The position numbers and the translations under genes are program-made. Shown one piece after another: positions 35,401 to 47,154 of a stretch of DNA of 64,000 nt (its first letter is position 1; every line of letters begins with the position of its first letter). The stretch spans positions 837,472-901,471 of the forward strand of contig BCKQ01000006.1 in NCBI GenBank assembly GCA_001600695.1. The letters run 5' to 3'. The notes beneath the pieces are model-generated. The model was not told where the DNA came from, did no database searches, and worked only from the letters and a program-made list of their open reading frames with translations. Source of the stretch: Ascoidea asiatica JCM 7603. Lineage: Eukaryota > Fungi > Ascomycota.

Positions 35401-37159
35401 AGATGAAAATAAAATCCAAAATATTATTGAAGAGTTAAAGCATTCTTTAATTATTAGTTATGGATATAATTATTTGATTAAACCTATAGAAAATTTATCA
35501 CTTTATAATGAATATAAAGAAATATTTTCATGTAAATCATGTAAATATATTATTAATGAAAATAAACCGAATTCCAAACCAATTTTAATTCAGTATATAA
35601 TAATTGATAAAGAAGAAATAGAAAATGAAAATAATATTGAAAATAGTATTAAAAATGAAAGCAGAGAAAAAGGTAAAGAAATAGAAATAAAAAATGATAA
35701 AAAAAGAGAAAAAGAAAATGAATTAGAAATAGAAATAGAAATAGTAAGTAAAGCAGAAACTGAAAGTGAGATTGAACTAATAGATTTTGAAAAACTTGGA
35801 AATTTGAAAAATGTTTATAGCAAAGATATTGGAAGTAAACTTGTTTATCAATTTATGAAAGAATATGGATTTAAACATTTAAAATGTTGGATAATAAAAA
35901 GAATTCAAGATAATAAATATTGGTATTCATTTTGGAAAATTGAAGAATATGATGATGAATTTTATTTTCTTGATAAAAGAATTAAAGAAAGGCAATTTAT
36001 AATTTATGAATTTTTAAGAAGTCAAATAATTTTTGTTAATTTGATTAAAAGATTTATTAAAATTAGAGAAGAAATTGAAGAAAACTTTAAAATTTATTAT
36101 CCATTTAAATATAAAGAATTTTTAAATAGTGTATTTGATTGTTTTGGAATGATTTTGAAAATTCATGAAAGAGAATTGATTAAACCAATGATTTTAAATT
36201 TTATTAAAGAAGGTCCATATATTAGAAAGAATTATTTGAGGATATTTGAAGGATGGTTAGAAAAGGGATTTCCAGTTTGGATTAAATTTATAGAAAGATT
36301 TTCAAAACTTTCAATGTATTTTAAAATTGGAAAATTTCATAAAGATAATAATATTTCAATTAAAATTCCTAAAGATGGAAAAAGTTTCATTAATGGAGAA
36401 AATGAAAGTGAAAATAATGAAAAACTTGATGATATTGATTATATGATGTTAAATGATTTCGAAAAATTGAAGAAAAAACTTGAAGAAAGAAAAATAATGT
36501 CAGTTAAGACATTTAATAAGATAATTAATGAATATAATAGCATTTGTACACAAAATGGATTGATATTTAAAGAATTAATTATAAGATATGATAAACATAA
36601 AGATAATGAAGAATATAAAAATTGCAATAGGATTTTGAATAAATTAGAGGAATTTAATTTTAAAATAAGTGATGCAATAATTTATTTTGAGTCTAGAAGT
36701 ATTTATAATATAATAGATTGGAATAGATTTTTTGATTATAGACCATATTTTAATGATAAAAAGACGAGATTAATCTCAATTGGATATGGACAATATAAAA
36801 GGAAAATCCAAAGTGTTTGTAAAGAGCATATTGCTATATTATTATTCACAAATTCTTTAATTGTGGGTAGATTTAATATAAGAAAATATGAATTTGAAGT
36901 GATTGAAGGACCTATTTTAATGGTTGATTTAGGAATCAAGATTCATCGGGAGGGTCTTTTAAAAAAAAGTAAAAGAAAAATGGAAGAAGAAGATAATGAA
37001 CCACTAGAATCAGATAGTAAAAATGAGTTGACTAAAATCAGTTTGATTAATGGTTATAATAATGCATACTGTTTGTGCTATGTTGCAAATTTTAATCTGG
37101 TGATTAGAAGGCCATTATTACGATTAAATGCTGAGTTTGCAAAGACAGTTTTTCAATAG
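32435..37159 (+). CDS. Divergent Tus1/Rgf3-like RhoGEF with two tandem DH-PH modules and no CNH domain
   Basis: RQFIIYEFL...VFDCFGMILKIHERELIKPM....EGPYI resembles the Tus1 DH domain; LLFTNSLIV...VIEGPI resembles the PH domain; a parallel copy lies earlier in the protein. Confidence 0.55.
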   Translation: MSNDENKYNNKSLDPFFNELNNTNNNVNNNFNNNSKMQENKLSNISNEDYLKFQEKMNLNMDETIRLAVSEAIKKSLSPSLSQNSTFNTFQPNNNNNVDNTNINNINNNINHSSLPYNSINSSLSSKNNISTNNVDYLVSNIQNSLSLQIKNMVPQILNQNLNLKNTSVNDIYPSPPFPHKLNIQTPTQSYTDNQNYNSPNYDPNSHYSSDLSPTDQQQYQTNYSFNQYSSEYKSPSDYKSIHDSPFHMHSSINNNSNSNNNYNNNNNNNNNSFFIKPSRSPSTRTSQSSLSNSRRLSFISDSTTSTSISEGIQTPSIHMQTKSINGINNNHEDFDKFNNLFSVPLTPIKQLPDDIISDYSGSQNLHNFKIKNNSNSSISLRNSSQTSINNIPSTTLPSPTINTTLNSNSKPPSRPDSKQGLRKNSLLSPTSSRYLSRKPSQSSISSSRQKLYSKLTLRTVGSSSKLNTIEQSDEHVNDFIQIQHQFHSNLIYLINAGNHLLCQERELCAPYGMNRFYNDSFYWINELAELHQLELLNPINNLKSNDFESFLKYFQNWIRKSIPVWTNFVKRFSNLLFFIKLSEFVSPTKRNSLILSKSPNAYYLNDPLNCFQNNFSKKFLNWKNNVSEIGIISNNLINKFFSQNFLDIIFDYNEQLIDMIDHISIQNLISFHSSSETKNCIHLFKSEIESSLSVSKTETVLSLLSWKEFFFDKVKLFDLIKDILFISLFKGEQKIFHSENNVEVRNIIFLVFSAHLIIVKVDFNRTGTYQLTVIDDPISLKILTKEEKKKVCYEGLDDIRQIFETSSIRSSSISSKENLSIISPLHESLSPNAMETIKKSVSRTSETSSTKSILSRSNSALIKNKSSASKRNSILSTKLLIQEKNNLNDFQNVPKITESETQVFSDIRKPLLISHKTNLSSNNSSINTKATITENFNPIKSKPINNNSSFNYNYNENLSESISEKKLPINYFSYIEKEGKENESIISLDENKIQNIIEELKHSLIISYGYNYLIKPIENLSLYNEYKEIFSCKSCKYIINENKPNSKPILIQYIIIDKEEIENENNIENSIKNESREKGKEIEIKNDKKREKENELEIEIEIVSKAETESEIELIDFEKLGNLKNVYSKDIGSKLVYQFMKEYGFKHLKCWIIKRIQDNKYWYSFWKIEEYDDEFYFLDKRIKERQFIIYEFLRSQIIFVNLIKRFIKIREEIEENFKIYYPFKYKEFLNSVFDCFGMILKIHERELIKPMILNFIKEGPYIRKNYLRIFEGWLEKGFPVWIKFIERFSKLSMYFKIGKFHKDNNISIKIPKDGKSFINGENESENNEKLDDIDYMMLNDFEKLKKKLEERKIMSVKTFNKIINEYNSICTQNGLIFKELIIRYDKHKDNEEYKNCNRILNKLEEFNFKISDAIIYFESRSIYNIIDWNRFFDYRPYFNDKKTRLISIGYGQYKRKIQSVCKEHIAILLFTNSLIVGRFNIRKYEFEVIEGPILMVDLGIKIHREGLLKKSKRKMEEEDNEPLESDSKNELTKISLINGYNNAYCLCYVANFNLVIRRPLLRLNAEFAKTVFQ

Positions 37160-37653
37160 ACTGATAGCTGGAATTGAATGAATAAGGGTTATCTCTGTAA
37201 GGACCTCTTGACTAAATAAAGACTTCTAAGAAAAATTACTTTGGCTGATATAAAGTTATTATTTTATTTAATATTTATTTAATATTTATTTAATGTTTAT
37301 TTAATGTTTATTCTACTACGTTACCATCCGGTGAATATAATTTAGTATATCTGATCGAAATAGGAAACAAAACTGAATCACGTGTACATATAAAGCCGTG
37401 TTTGTGGGTCTTACATTTTAACAGCGGGCTTGTTCTGGCACATGAGCTGGCTGGGGACCTTAAAATAAAATAAAGGTGTCTCTGAGTGTCTGAGCGAAAG
37501 GGATGGAGGATTGATCTGAGATAATGTAAAAATATATGACTGTGATTGTAATTGTAATTATATATCAAAAGTATCAATGTGTGAATGAATATAAATGTAT
37601 AGTTGCTATATAGAAATAACAATTTATTCCATCTCTTAGTTCGCAGATTCAAT

Positions 37654-38504
37654 ATGGTAAGCTTAACTCTTTTTCTTCTTTTAATTCTTCATCTATTATT
37701 ACCTTACCGTTCAACTTCTAACAAACTGTTTTTTTATTTTCTTTTAATCACCATTTAAAGAATTCACTTTATAATTTAGCTTTGAAACAAACAAATACTT
37801 TAAACAATGATTTGAAAAAATTCCAAGATGATTACAAAAATTCACCATTGTCTTTACAAGGACAGATCTCCACAACTTTAAATTCTTTACAAAGGACAAT
37901 AAATGATTATAATAAATTAATTTCAAATGAAGTTGATAGTATCAAAAAAGAGAAGAATTTAAATAGATTGAAAAACTTTGAAGAAAATTTAAAAAATTAT
38001 AAAGCTTTATTCAAGGAATTAAAACAGAAAAAACAATCATATTTAGAAGAATTTCAAAGAAATCAATTATTTCAAAATTTCTCTTCTTCTTCAAATTCAA
38101 ATTTGAAAAATAGATCAATTCATAATCATTTATCAAATTCTTCAGTTACCTCAAGTGATAATCCTTTCTCAAATATAAGTAATACAGATAATATAAATTT
38201 AGATTCAAATAGCAATTATAAAAATGATCAATTATTTAAAGAACATGATACTTTAGCTAGATCAAATCAACAATTAGATGAAATTTTAGAAATGGGTAGA
38301 GAAGCATTTGATAATATTGTTGAACAAAATCAATATATTAAAAAAATTCAAAATAAAATGTTACAAAGTTTAAATACTTTAGGTGTTTCTCAATCAACTA
38401 TAAGGCAAATAGATAAATTAGCTTTCAAAGATAAATGGTTTTTTTATATTGGTGCAATTTTATTATTCGTATCTTTTTATTTTATACTTAAATGGTTTAA
38501 ATAA
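37654..38504 (+). CDS. BOS1: ER-Golgi Qb-SNARE Bos1; exons 37654-37656, 37761-38504; 248 aa
   Basis: ATG|GTAAGC donor, TTCTAAC branchpoint 37716, AAG acceptor; gives MNSLYNLALKQ (Bos1 MNALYNHAVKQ); SNARE motif and C-terminal TM DKWFF. Confidence 0.92.
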
Positions 38505-38675
38505 TGATTTAAATAATTTTCTAAATATGATATTTTTCAGATATTCTCTTAAATGTTCATTTATTGAAATTTACAAGAGTTATATTGAATTAAAATAAAT
38601 ATTTCTTGAAGTATTAAATTTTAACTTTTTTTTTATTATTTTTTTTTATTTTATTTTTATTTTCCTTTTTTTTTT

Positions 38676-39514
38676 TCAAAAATATCCACCAGGTAGATCT
38701 TCATCTTCATCACCATAATTATCATTCATATCATCAACTTGTCTTAATAATAAAGTTGGATGATGTTCACTTAAACTTTTAAATACTTTAATTGGTTTAT
38801 CATTTTTACTTAATATTTTTTCTTTATCACCATAACAAATAACTAAAGCATAATTATCATTTGATACATTATATTTAGCTTTAACTAAATTAAAAACTTT
38901 TTCATATGAATCATTATCACCATCAATTTTTAATGATTTTTTAACTGCTTGTCCAACATTATTATTTGATGAAGATGAATTTGATACATTTCTCATAGAA
39001 GATGATGATAATGGTGTATTTAAATTAGATGAATTAATTAAATTTGATGTTGATAAATTTGATCTTGAAATATTATTACTAGAAATATTACTAATATTAT
39101 TTGTTGTAGGAGAAATAGTTTTATATGGTATTGAAGATGTTATAATTTTTGAAGTTGTTCTTTTTGAATATTCTTTACCTGGAGTTATATTTGAATTTGA
39201 ATGATTCAGAGTTGAACTTAAATTTGAATTTAAATTTGATGAAGATGAAGAAAGATTTGTTTGTGATAAATTTAAATATAAATTATTAATATTATGATTT
39301 TTATTCTTACTTCTTGTTCTATTTAAATTATATATTGAATTTGGTAATGTACTTCCTGAAATATTATTAGTTGAATTATTGTTTTTTATAGAATTATTAT
39401 TATTATTTTCGTTATTGCTATTGTTTGTAGTATTGTTATTATTACTGCTACTATTAGAACTACTACTACTATTATTGTTGTTATTATTATTATTATTATT
39501 ATTGTTATTGTTAC

Positions 39515-39575
<61 letters not shown>

Positions 39576-40417
39576 GAGATTATTGGCTATATTACTATTG
39601 GAAGAAGAAGATGTTAATTTCTTTAATGGATTTGATAATAATCTTTCAGATTTATTTCTAATTAAAGAAGTAAAACTTGAATTTGAATGATTTGTTAAAG
39701 GTGTACTTAAACTTGAATTATTTAAGGTTACATTCACACTTAGATTATTAGCATTATTATTATTGTTGTTGTTAGTAACTGAGCTTGAATTTGAATTTTG
39801 ATTAGATATATGTAAAGAATCATTTGAAATTGAAGATATTGGAGTATTTAGATTTGAATTTGAATTAGAATTAGAATTAGAATTTGAGTTTGATATTGAA
39901 TTTGGAATTGAATTTGATGATGATTGATTATGTGAGTCTATTGAATTATCAGTTTGAGCTTGATTATTATTATTATTATTATTATTGTTATTATTATTGT
40001 TATTATTATTGTTATTATTATTGTTATTATTTTTTTTCTTATGTAATAAAGACATTGATCTTTTTCTAATTAATTGAATAGTTGATTCATGATTTGAACT
40101 TGAATTTGAATTAGAATTAGAGTTAAAGTTAGAGTTTGAATCATCATGATTATTTGAAGTAGGTAAATTTGAAGCTAATATTGAACTTGAAGAAGATTGA
40201 GAAGAAGTACGAGTATGAGAATGAGTATGAATATTATTGTTATTATTAATATTATTATTAATTGTTTGATTATTTAAATTGATTATTGAACTTTTTCTTG
40301 AATTTGAAATTGAATTAGCATTATTAATGATATTTATTGATTGATTTTTTTTAAGAATATTTTGAACTTCTTTATTAGAAGAAGTTATACCAGTTGGAGA
40401 AGATATTAATATTGAAG

Positions 40418-40451
<34 letters not shown>

Positions 40452-40995
40452 GTTGGAGTTGTTAATATTTTGAAAAGAAGTATTGATTAAAGTTGGAGAA
40501 TTTGAAGTTGGAGAATTTAAATTTGAAGTTGAAGATAAATTATGTAAATCATTATTATTTGATAAATCAGGTAAAGGTTTATTACCTTTAATAGTTTTAA
40601 ATAATTTTGAAGTTTCATCTTTTAATTTAATAATTTTTTCATTTAATTTTTCAATATCTTGATCAATTTTTAAATCTTTAATTAAAATTGAATTATCATT
40701 TGAGATAAAATTATTTTGTAAAAGATAAATTAATAAATTTTTAATAATTGGTAAAGAATTATAAATATTATTTGAAATTAAAATTTCATTATTTTTTAAA
40801 TTTTTAATATTAATATTTGAATTATTATAATTTTCAATTAAATTTGAAATATTTTTTTTTAAAATTAATTTAACTTTTAAACTTTTTATATTCATATCAT
40901 TTAAATATTTTGAATTATTAATTAGATAAATTAATTGATTACCAGTAATATTATTATCTAAGAATTTTTTTGCAATTGATTTTGAATTTAAAATT

Positions 40996-41030
<35 letters not shown>

Positions 41031-41141
41031 GTTATTATTGTTATTATTTGAAGTAGAAGATGTATTGATTGAATTCAATTCATTCATTTGAAGTACCCAA
41101 TTATATACATCAATTGAAGACCATTCTAGGATCGAATTCAT
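38676..41141 (-). CDS. STE50: MAPK adaptor Ste50 (SAM + RA) with a very large Asn/Ser linker
   Basis: SAM EWSSIDVYNW...FLDNNITGNQL; KPLP motif; RA YALVICYGDKEKIL...KPIKVFK; C-terminal PGG; neighbours RRP7 as in S. cerevisiae. Confidence 0.88.
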
Positions 41142-41847
41142 TTTTAGCGAAATGATTAAAGCAAATGAGAGATAGATTAATAAGATTATAGGAATGTAAG
41201 AATATAAAAGATGAAAAGATGAAAATGAATATATGAAAAAAAAATAAAAAGTTAGCTATGAGAGTAAATGTTTGATAAGCAAATGAAAAGCCAAGTTATT
41301 TTTTGTACAGTTTTTTTTGATTCTTATTCAATACTTTCTTTTAATTGATATTTTTGACCAAATAATAGTTATAATATACTGTATGGATTGATGAATTAGA
41401 CCTTTATTTTAATAGTACTTTAATAGTATTTTAATATATCACTGTTATTAACTACAGTACAGTAGGTGATAATGATATTCAGATGCTTGTTGTGTATTGT
41501 GCAGAGTATTTCCAAGTACGTTTCACACTTTCCTGGTCTTATCTCAGGAAAGTTCCGAGCATCAGGTGATGTAAAATGGTTTTTTTTTTCTGTATATGGT
41601 ATTTTTAGACTTAATTTCCGACTAGTCACCCCCGGCTCTTTGCCAGGACTCCCAGACAGACGACTTTCCTTATTAAGGTTAGAAAATTTATTTTTAAATT
41701 TGAAAAAAAATAACAGGCAAAGGAAAATACTCCTGGAAATTAGAATTGTAAATTTATATTCTTTCTTTCTTTTACTTACTTATATATTTATATAATTTAT
41801 AAGAGAAAGTAATAGAAGTATTATATAATTATAGATTGTAGTGAAGG

Positions 41848-42867
41848 ATGAGTGGATTGGAGATTAAAGGGTTTTTAATATTACCTATAAGGATATATAG
41901 TAATGTTGATAATAAGGAAATTTTACATTATATATATTTAAAAAAACATGATAAAGAAGATAAAGAGAATAGTAAAAAAGGAAATAAATTATTTGTTATA
42001 AATTTTCCAAAAGATATAAGTTTAAAGAAAATTCGAAATATTTTCACAAATCAAATAAGTGAGAATAAATCAAGAATTTTAAGTTATATTAATAATAATA
42101 ATAATAATAATAATGGCAATAGTAATAGTAATAGTAATACAAATAATTTAATAGATTTAAATAAATTGAGTAATGAATATGAAATAGATAAAGAAAATAA
42201 TCAAGATAAAGATAAAGAAGATAATAATATACCAAGAAATTGTTCAATTGTTGAATTTATTGATAAAATTGATTTAAATATTTTTTTAAAAAATGTTAAA
42301 AAATTAATAAAAATTTATTTTAAAGATAATAAAAATATAAATAATTTACCATTATATCCATCAAATGAAGATGATGAAGATGATGAAAATTTATCATATG
42401 GATATAAAAGATATTTAAATAAATTAAATAATAATTTAATTTCAAATAATAATAAAAATAATTTATTAAAAGAAATTAATTTATCAATAATAAAATTTAA
42501 TGAAAAAGAAGAAAATGAAATAAATTCAATAAATCATAATAACGGTAATACCAACGAAGACAATGATAATGAGAATGAAAATGAAAATAAAATAATTGAT
42601 GAAGATGGATTTGAAATGGTTGTTCATAAACATAGAAAAACTAAAAAAGCAATATTAGGTAAAATTAGTAAATTAAAATTAAATTCAAATTCAAATTTAA
42701 AAGCAAAATTAAATAAAAAAAATGAAAAAAAATTAAAAGATGATTTTTATAGATTTCAAATTAGAGAAAAAAAGAAAAATGAAATGAATAATTTATTAAT
42801 TAAATTTCAAGAAGATAAAGCAAAAGTTGAATTACTTAAAAATAAAAGATCCTTCAATCCCTATTAA
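41848..42867 (+). CDS. RRP7: Ribosome biogenesis factor Rrp7
   Basis: IDEDGFEMVV, DFYRFQIREKKK..M..L..KF.EDK.KV, C-terminal FNPY. Confidence 0.93.
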   Translation: MSGLEIKGFLILPIRIYSNVDNKEILHYIYLKKHDKEDKENSKKGNKLFVINFPKDISLKKIRNIFTNQISENKSRILSYINNNNNNNNGNSNSNSNTNNLIDLNKLSNEYEIDKENNQDKDKEDNNIPRNCSIVEFIDKIDLNIFLKNVKKLIKIYFKDNKNINNLPLYPSNEDDEDDENLSYGYKRYLNKLNNNLISNNNKNNLLKEINLSIIKFNEKEENEINSINHNNGNTNEDNDNENENENKIIDEDGFEMVVHKHRKTKKAILGKISKLKLNSNSNLKAKLNKKNEKKLKDDFYRFQIREKKKNEMNNLLIKFQEDKAKVELLKNKRSFNPY

Positions 42868-43262
42868 CTTCAATCTATTCTCAATCTGTATTTCAATCAT
42901 TCAATCATTTGATAATGTAATGATATAATAATCTAATAATATAATTTATTCAATAAATAGTGATTAAAGATGAATATTTATTAGACAATACATACCTGTA
43001 GAAAGAAATAAATATATGAGTAGTCAGCATTTCTAGTATATTATGTAATCATAATTTTTTTATTTTTCATTTATATAATAAAAGAGACCAGTTACGTGGT
43101 ATTCCTTAACGTTCCCGGGATGCAGTCACGGGAGCAGGGACCGTTGGCAGGGGTGTCAGGTGGTGGCAGAGGAGCCAAAGCTGCCGAAGCTGCGATTAGT
43201 AAGAATTCTGGCGAGAGGTTCCGTGGAGGTAAGTGAATGAACTAGTTCTGTATTCTTCACTC

Positions 43263-43311
43263 TATTTACACTCTTTATTTACACTCTTTATTTACACTCT
43301 TTATTTACACT
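43263..43311 (+). repeat. 13-bp tandem repeat TATTTACACTCTT x~3.8
   Basis: Exact 13-bp period read from the sequence. Confidence 0.9.
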
Positions 43312-43888
43312 TGGCTCACCCTCAGAGAAAACGAGAGAGAGAGAGAGAAAGAGAGAGAGTGGAGTTCTCTGGTGAGTGTTGTGGTTACTGGGTGCAATTG
43401 TTTGAGATCTTGCCAGTGGTAAGTGTAACTATGTAATTAGCGTAGTTACCTTAACTACTTGAACATCGAGCTTATTAACTTACTAGAATCATTACAAATT
43501 CTATTACAAAAATATTACTAAAATATTGAAAGAAATATTGAAATAACAAATTCAAGTTATTGACTGTTACATAATAAAGCAACCTATTTAATTCATCGCA
43601 ATTAAATAATTACTTATCCTTCTTTTACAATTCTCTTTGTTCAATTAAATATTTATATAAATATATATATATATATAAATATAAATACATATACTAATTG
43701 ACATACAATTATATATAATTAATTATTTCTTAAAATATTATCTTGGGTATCTTTTAATCCATATACTCCACTACTTCTCAATTTGATTCAATTCAATTCG
43801 ATTTAGTCATCTCATCTCATCTCATAGTAAACTCAATTCAATTCAATTCAATTCAATTCAATTAAATTCAATTCAATTTATTTAAAAA

Positions 43889-45388
43889 ATGTCTGAATCT
43901 TCAAATATAAAACCAACTGCAGATTTTGCTTTAATTGGTTTGGCTGTAATGGGTCAAAATTTAATTTTAAATGCTGCTGATCATGGTTTTACTGTTGTTG
44001 CTTATAATAGAACTGTTTCAAAAGTTGATCATTTTATTAATAATGAAGCAAAAGGTAAATCAATTATTGGTGTTCATTCAATTCCAGAATTAATTCAAAA
44101 TTTAAAAAAACCAAGAAGAATTATGTTATTAGTTAAAGCTGGTCCTGCTGTTGATTCTTTTATAACTCAAATTTTACCTTTATTAGATCAAGGTGATATT
44201 ATTATTGATGGTGGTAATTCTCATTTTCCTGATTCAAATAGAAGATATAATGAATTAAAAGAAAAAGGTATTTTATTTGTTGGTTCTGGTGTTTCTGGTG
44301 GTGAAGAAGGTGCAAGATTTGGTCCTTCTTTAATGCCTGGTGGTCATAAAGATGCTTGGCCACATATTAAAAATATTTTTCAATCAATTTCTGCAAAATC
44401 TGATGGTGAACCATGTTGTGATTGGGTTGGTCCTGCAGGTTCTGGTCATTATGTTAAAATGGTTCATAATGGTATTGAATATGGTGATATGCAATTAATT
44501 TGTGAAGCTTATGATATAATGAAAAGAATTGGTAATTTTACTGATAAAGAAATTGGTAATGTTTTTGAAAAATGGAATAAAGGTGTACTTGATTCATTTT
44601 TAATTGAAATTACAAGAGATATTTTAAAATATGATGATATTGATGGTACTCCATTAGTTGAAAAAATTTTAGATTCCGCAGGTCAAAAAGGTACTGGTAA
44701 ATGGACTGCAATTAATGCTTTAGATTTAGGTATGCCAGTAACTTTAATTGGTGAAGCTGTATTTTCAAGATGTCTTTCTTCAATTAAAAATGAAAGAGTT
44801 AAAGCTTCTAAAATTTTATTTGGTCCAAAAATTCCAAATGATTTAATTAATGATTCAAATAAATCTGAATTTATTGATAATTTAGAACAAGCTTTATATG
44901 CTTCTAAAATTATTTCTTATACTCAAGGTTTTATGTTAATTAGAGAAGCTGCAAAAGAATATAATTGGAAATTAAATAATCCTGCAATTGCTTTAATGTG
45001 GAGAGGTGGTTGTATAATTAGATCTGTATTCTTAGGTGAAATTACAAATGCTTTTAAACAACAACCAGATTTAGAAAATTTATTATTCAATGATTTTTTT
45101 AAAAATGCAATTGATAAAGCTCAAAAAGGTTGGAGAAAAACTTTAAGTTTAGGTATTGAATATGGTATTCCAACTCCTGCATTTTCAACAGCTTTAGCAT
45201 TTTATGATGGTTATAGAAGTGAAAGATTACCTGCAAATTTATTACAAGCTCAAAGAGATTATTTTGGTGCTCATACTTTTAAAGTTTTACCTGAACATGC
45301 TGATGATCATTTACCAAAAGGTCAAGATATTCATATTAATTGGACTGGTCGTGGTGGTAATATTTCTGCTTCAACTTATTCTGCCTAA
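43889..45388 (+). CDS. GND1: 6-phosphogluconate dehydrogenase (decarboxylating)
   Basis: IGLAVMGQNL, VKMVHNGIEYGDMQLI, GQKGTGKW, QAQRDYFGAH. Confidence 0.98.
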   Translation: MSESSNIKPTADFALIGLAVMGQNLILNAADHGFTVVAYNRTVSKVDHFINNEAKGKSIIGVHSIPELIQNLKKPRRIMLLVKAGPAVDSFITQILPLLDQGDIIIDGGNSHFPDSNRRYNELKEKGILFVGSGVSGGEEGARFGPSLMPGGHKDAWPHIKNIFQSISAKSDGEPCCDWVGPAGSGHYVKMVHNGIEYGDMQLICEAYDIMKRIGNFTDKEIGNVFEKWNKGVLDSFLIEITRDILKYDDIDGTPLVEKILDSAGQKGTGKWTAINALDLGMPVTLIGEAVFSRCLSSIKNERVKASKILFGPKIPNDLINDSNKSEFIDNLEQALYASKIISYTQGFMLIREAAKEYNWKLNNPAIALMWRGGCIIRSVFLGEITNAFKQQPDLENLLFNDFFKNAIDKAQKGWRKTLSLGIEYGIPTPAFSTALAFYDGYRSERLPANLLQAQRDYFGAHTFKVLPEHADDHLPKGQDIHINWTGRGGNISASTYSA

Positions 45389-45628
45389 TTATTAAATAAT
45401 TTTCGAATATATACTTATTTATATACAAATATATATAAAAATATACATATTGTATACTGTATATAAAAATTCTCAATTTATTCATATTCTTTTACTGAAG
45501 TGAAATAAAATAAAATGAATTAAATTTAATTATTACTATTGTAAGGCGATTGATTAACAAGTAAAGATTAACGATTAAATTTATTGAAATATAAAAATGT
45601 AAAGAGATAAAATTTTAAGTTTTTTTAA

Positions 45629-46272
45629 TTAAATATTATCAATATCTAAATCAGATTTTTCACCATCATCTTCGGAAGCATTACCGAATTCGAAATTAAC
45701 ATCTTCTTCATCTTCATCAGCACCGAAATTAGATTCATTAATTTTAGCATTTTCAGGTAATTCACCCATAGTTTTAAGACCTCTTGCTTCATCAGCATTA
45801 TATTTTTGAATAACATCACATTGACCATCTTGAAAATCTCTTAAAGAAACTAAAATAATATCACCAATACCCATCCAAACTTTTTTTCTTAATTTACCTC
45901 TAATATGTCCTAATCTTTTTATACCATCAAAACATTGAACTTCAATTCTACCATTACCAACCATTTTTGTAACTTGAGCATATTCTTGTCCTTCATCTTT
46001 GGTAACTAATTCTCTTTTTTGACTGTCACTTTCATTTTTTCCACGACGTCTATTTTTACCACCCTATTTTATTAAAAAAAAAAAAAAATGATTAGTAAAA
46101 AGTCCTTATGATTCGTATGTTAATAAAATTATAAATAATCATTAAATACAAATAATAACTAAAAATAATTTGTAATTTATAAAATATAGATTATAAATCA
46201 TAAAGTATGTATCATGAATAATGAATCATGAATAACAAATCTAAAACATACTTTTCCTTTATTTTTTGGCAT
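45629..46272 (-). CDS. TIF11: Translation initiation factor eIF1A; exons 46272-46252, 46063-45629; 151 aa
   Basis: GTATGT donor, TACTAAT branchpoint, TAG acceptor; MPKNKGK|[10 protein letters not shown] and [13 protein letters not shown]. Confidence 0.96.
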
Positions 46273-47154
46273 TTTGAATAAGAATTTAATATATGAAAAC
46301 TAAAGCTATAATATTCAGTAATATGTTATAATGTAATATGATATAGTATAATATGATATAATATAATATAATATTAGATAATTTGATATGATTCTTAAAA
46401 TTAAATTTACAGAAAAGTTGTATAAAAGAGTAAAGCTCTGAATATATATACTTTATTCAAAGAAAGTATAAAAACTCTACTTTATTCTGCTGTGGTAATG
46501 AAAAAAGTAAAAGAAAAGCCAAAGACAAACTTGGATCAATAATAAAATATAATAAAATATAAAATAGAAAATATAAAATATAAGTACACGCGATACCAAG
46601 GTCGGAACTTTGTTTTTAAACACCTTATACAACCCCCGAATTTCAGTCCTGATTATAGTAAAACCTGCAGTCATGTGCTCAGCTACAGTTTATTTCCGAG
46701 GCTAAAACCACCGCGTTATTGCGCTGCAAAATAACAGCCCACTAAACTGGTTTTGCGGTATCGGTATTTCAATGCTATGTTTACAGCGGAGTACTCTTGC
46801 GGATAGTTTTATGCATTTAAACCCGTCAGGTTCCGTTCCGGATAAGTCCCAGAGTTCTGGCGTTGTTTCTGGGTATTAGCGGCAGCAGTCCTCGTACGTC
46901 ATGCACCTGCCGTGGGGCTGTTTCCGGCCTTTCATCTGCTGGATTTATTGGTTCTTGATCTTGGCTTGGCTTAATTCTTTCATTTCCTAAATAAATTATC
47001 AATCATCAAATATCAAATATGATTTGGGTGTTCTGAATTCAAGTATTTTATTTCTCTGGTTTCATTATTTCATTTCAATTCTTTATTTATATTATCCCTT
47101 GAAAAAACATTTTATCAGAATTTTAGATTCTGATTTCTATTACTAGAAAAAACA

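Noticed and set aside
43229-43922. C. albicans-style alternative splicing or PTS2 isoform of GND1
   Set aside because: GTAAGT motifs exist upstream, but there is an in-frame TAA just before the ATG, no RLxxLxxHL signal and no suitably placed branchpoint
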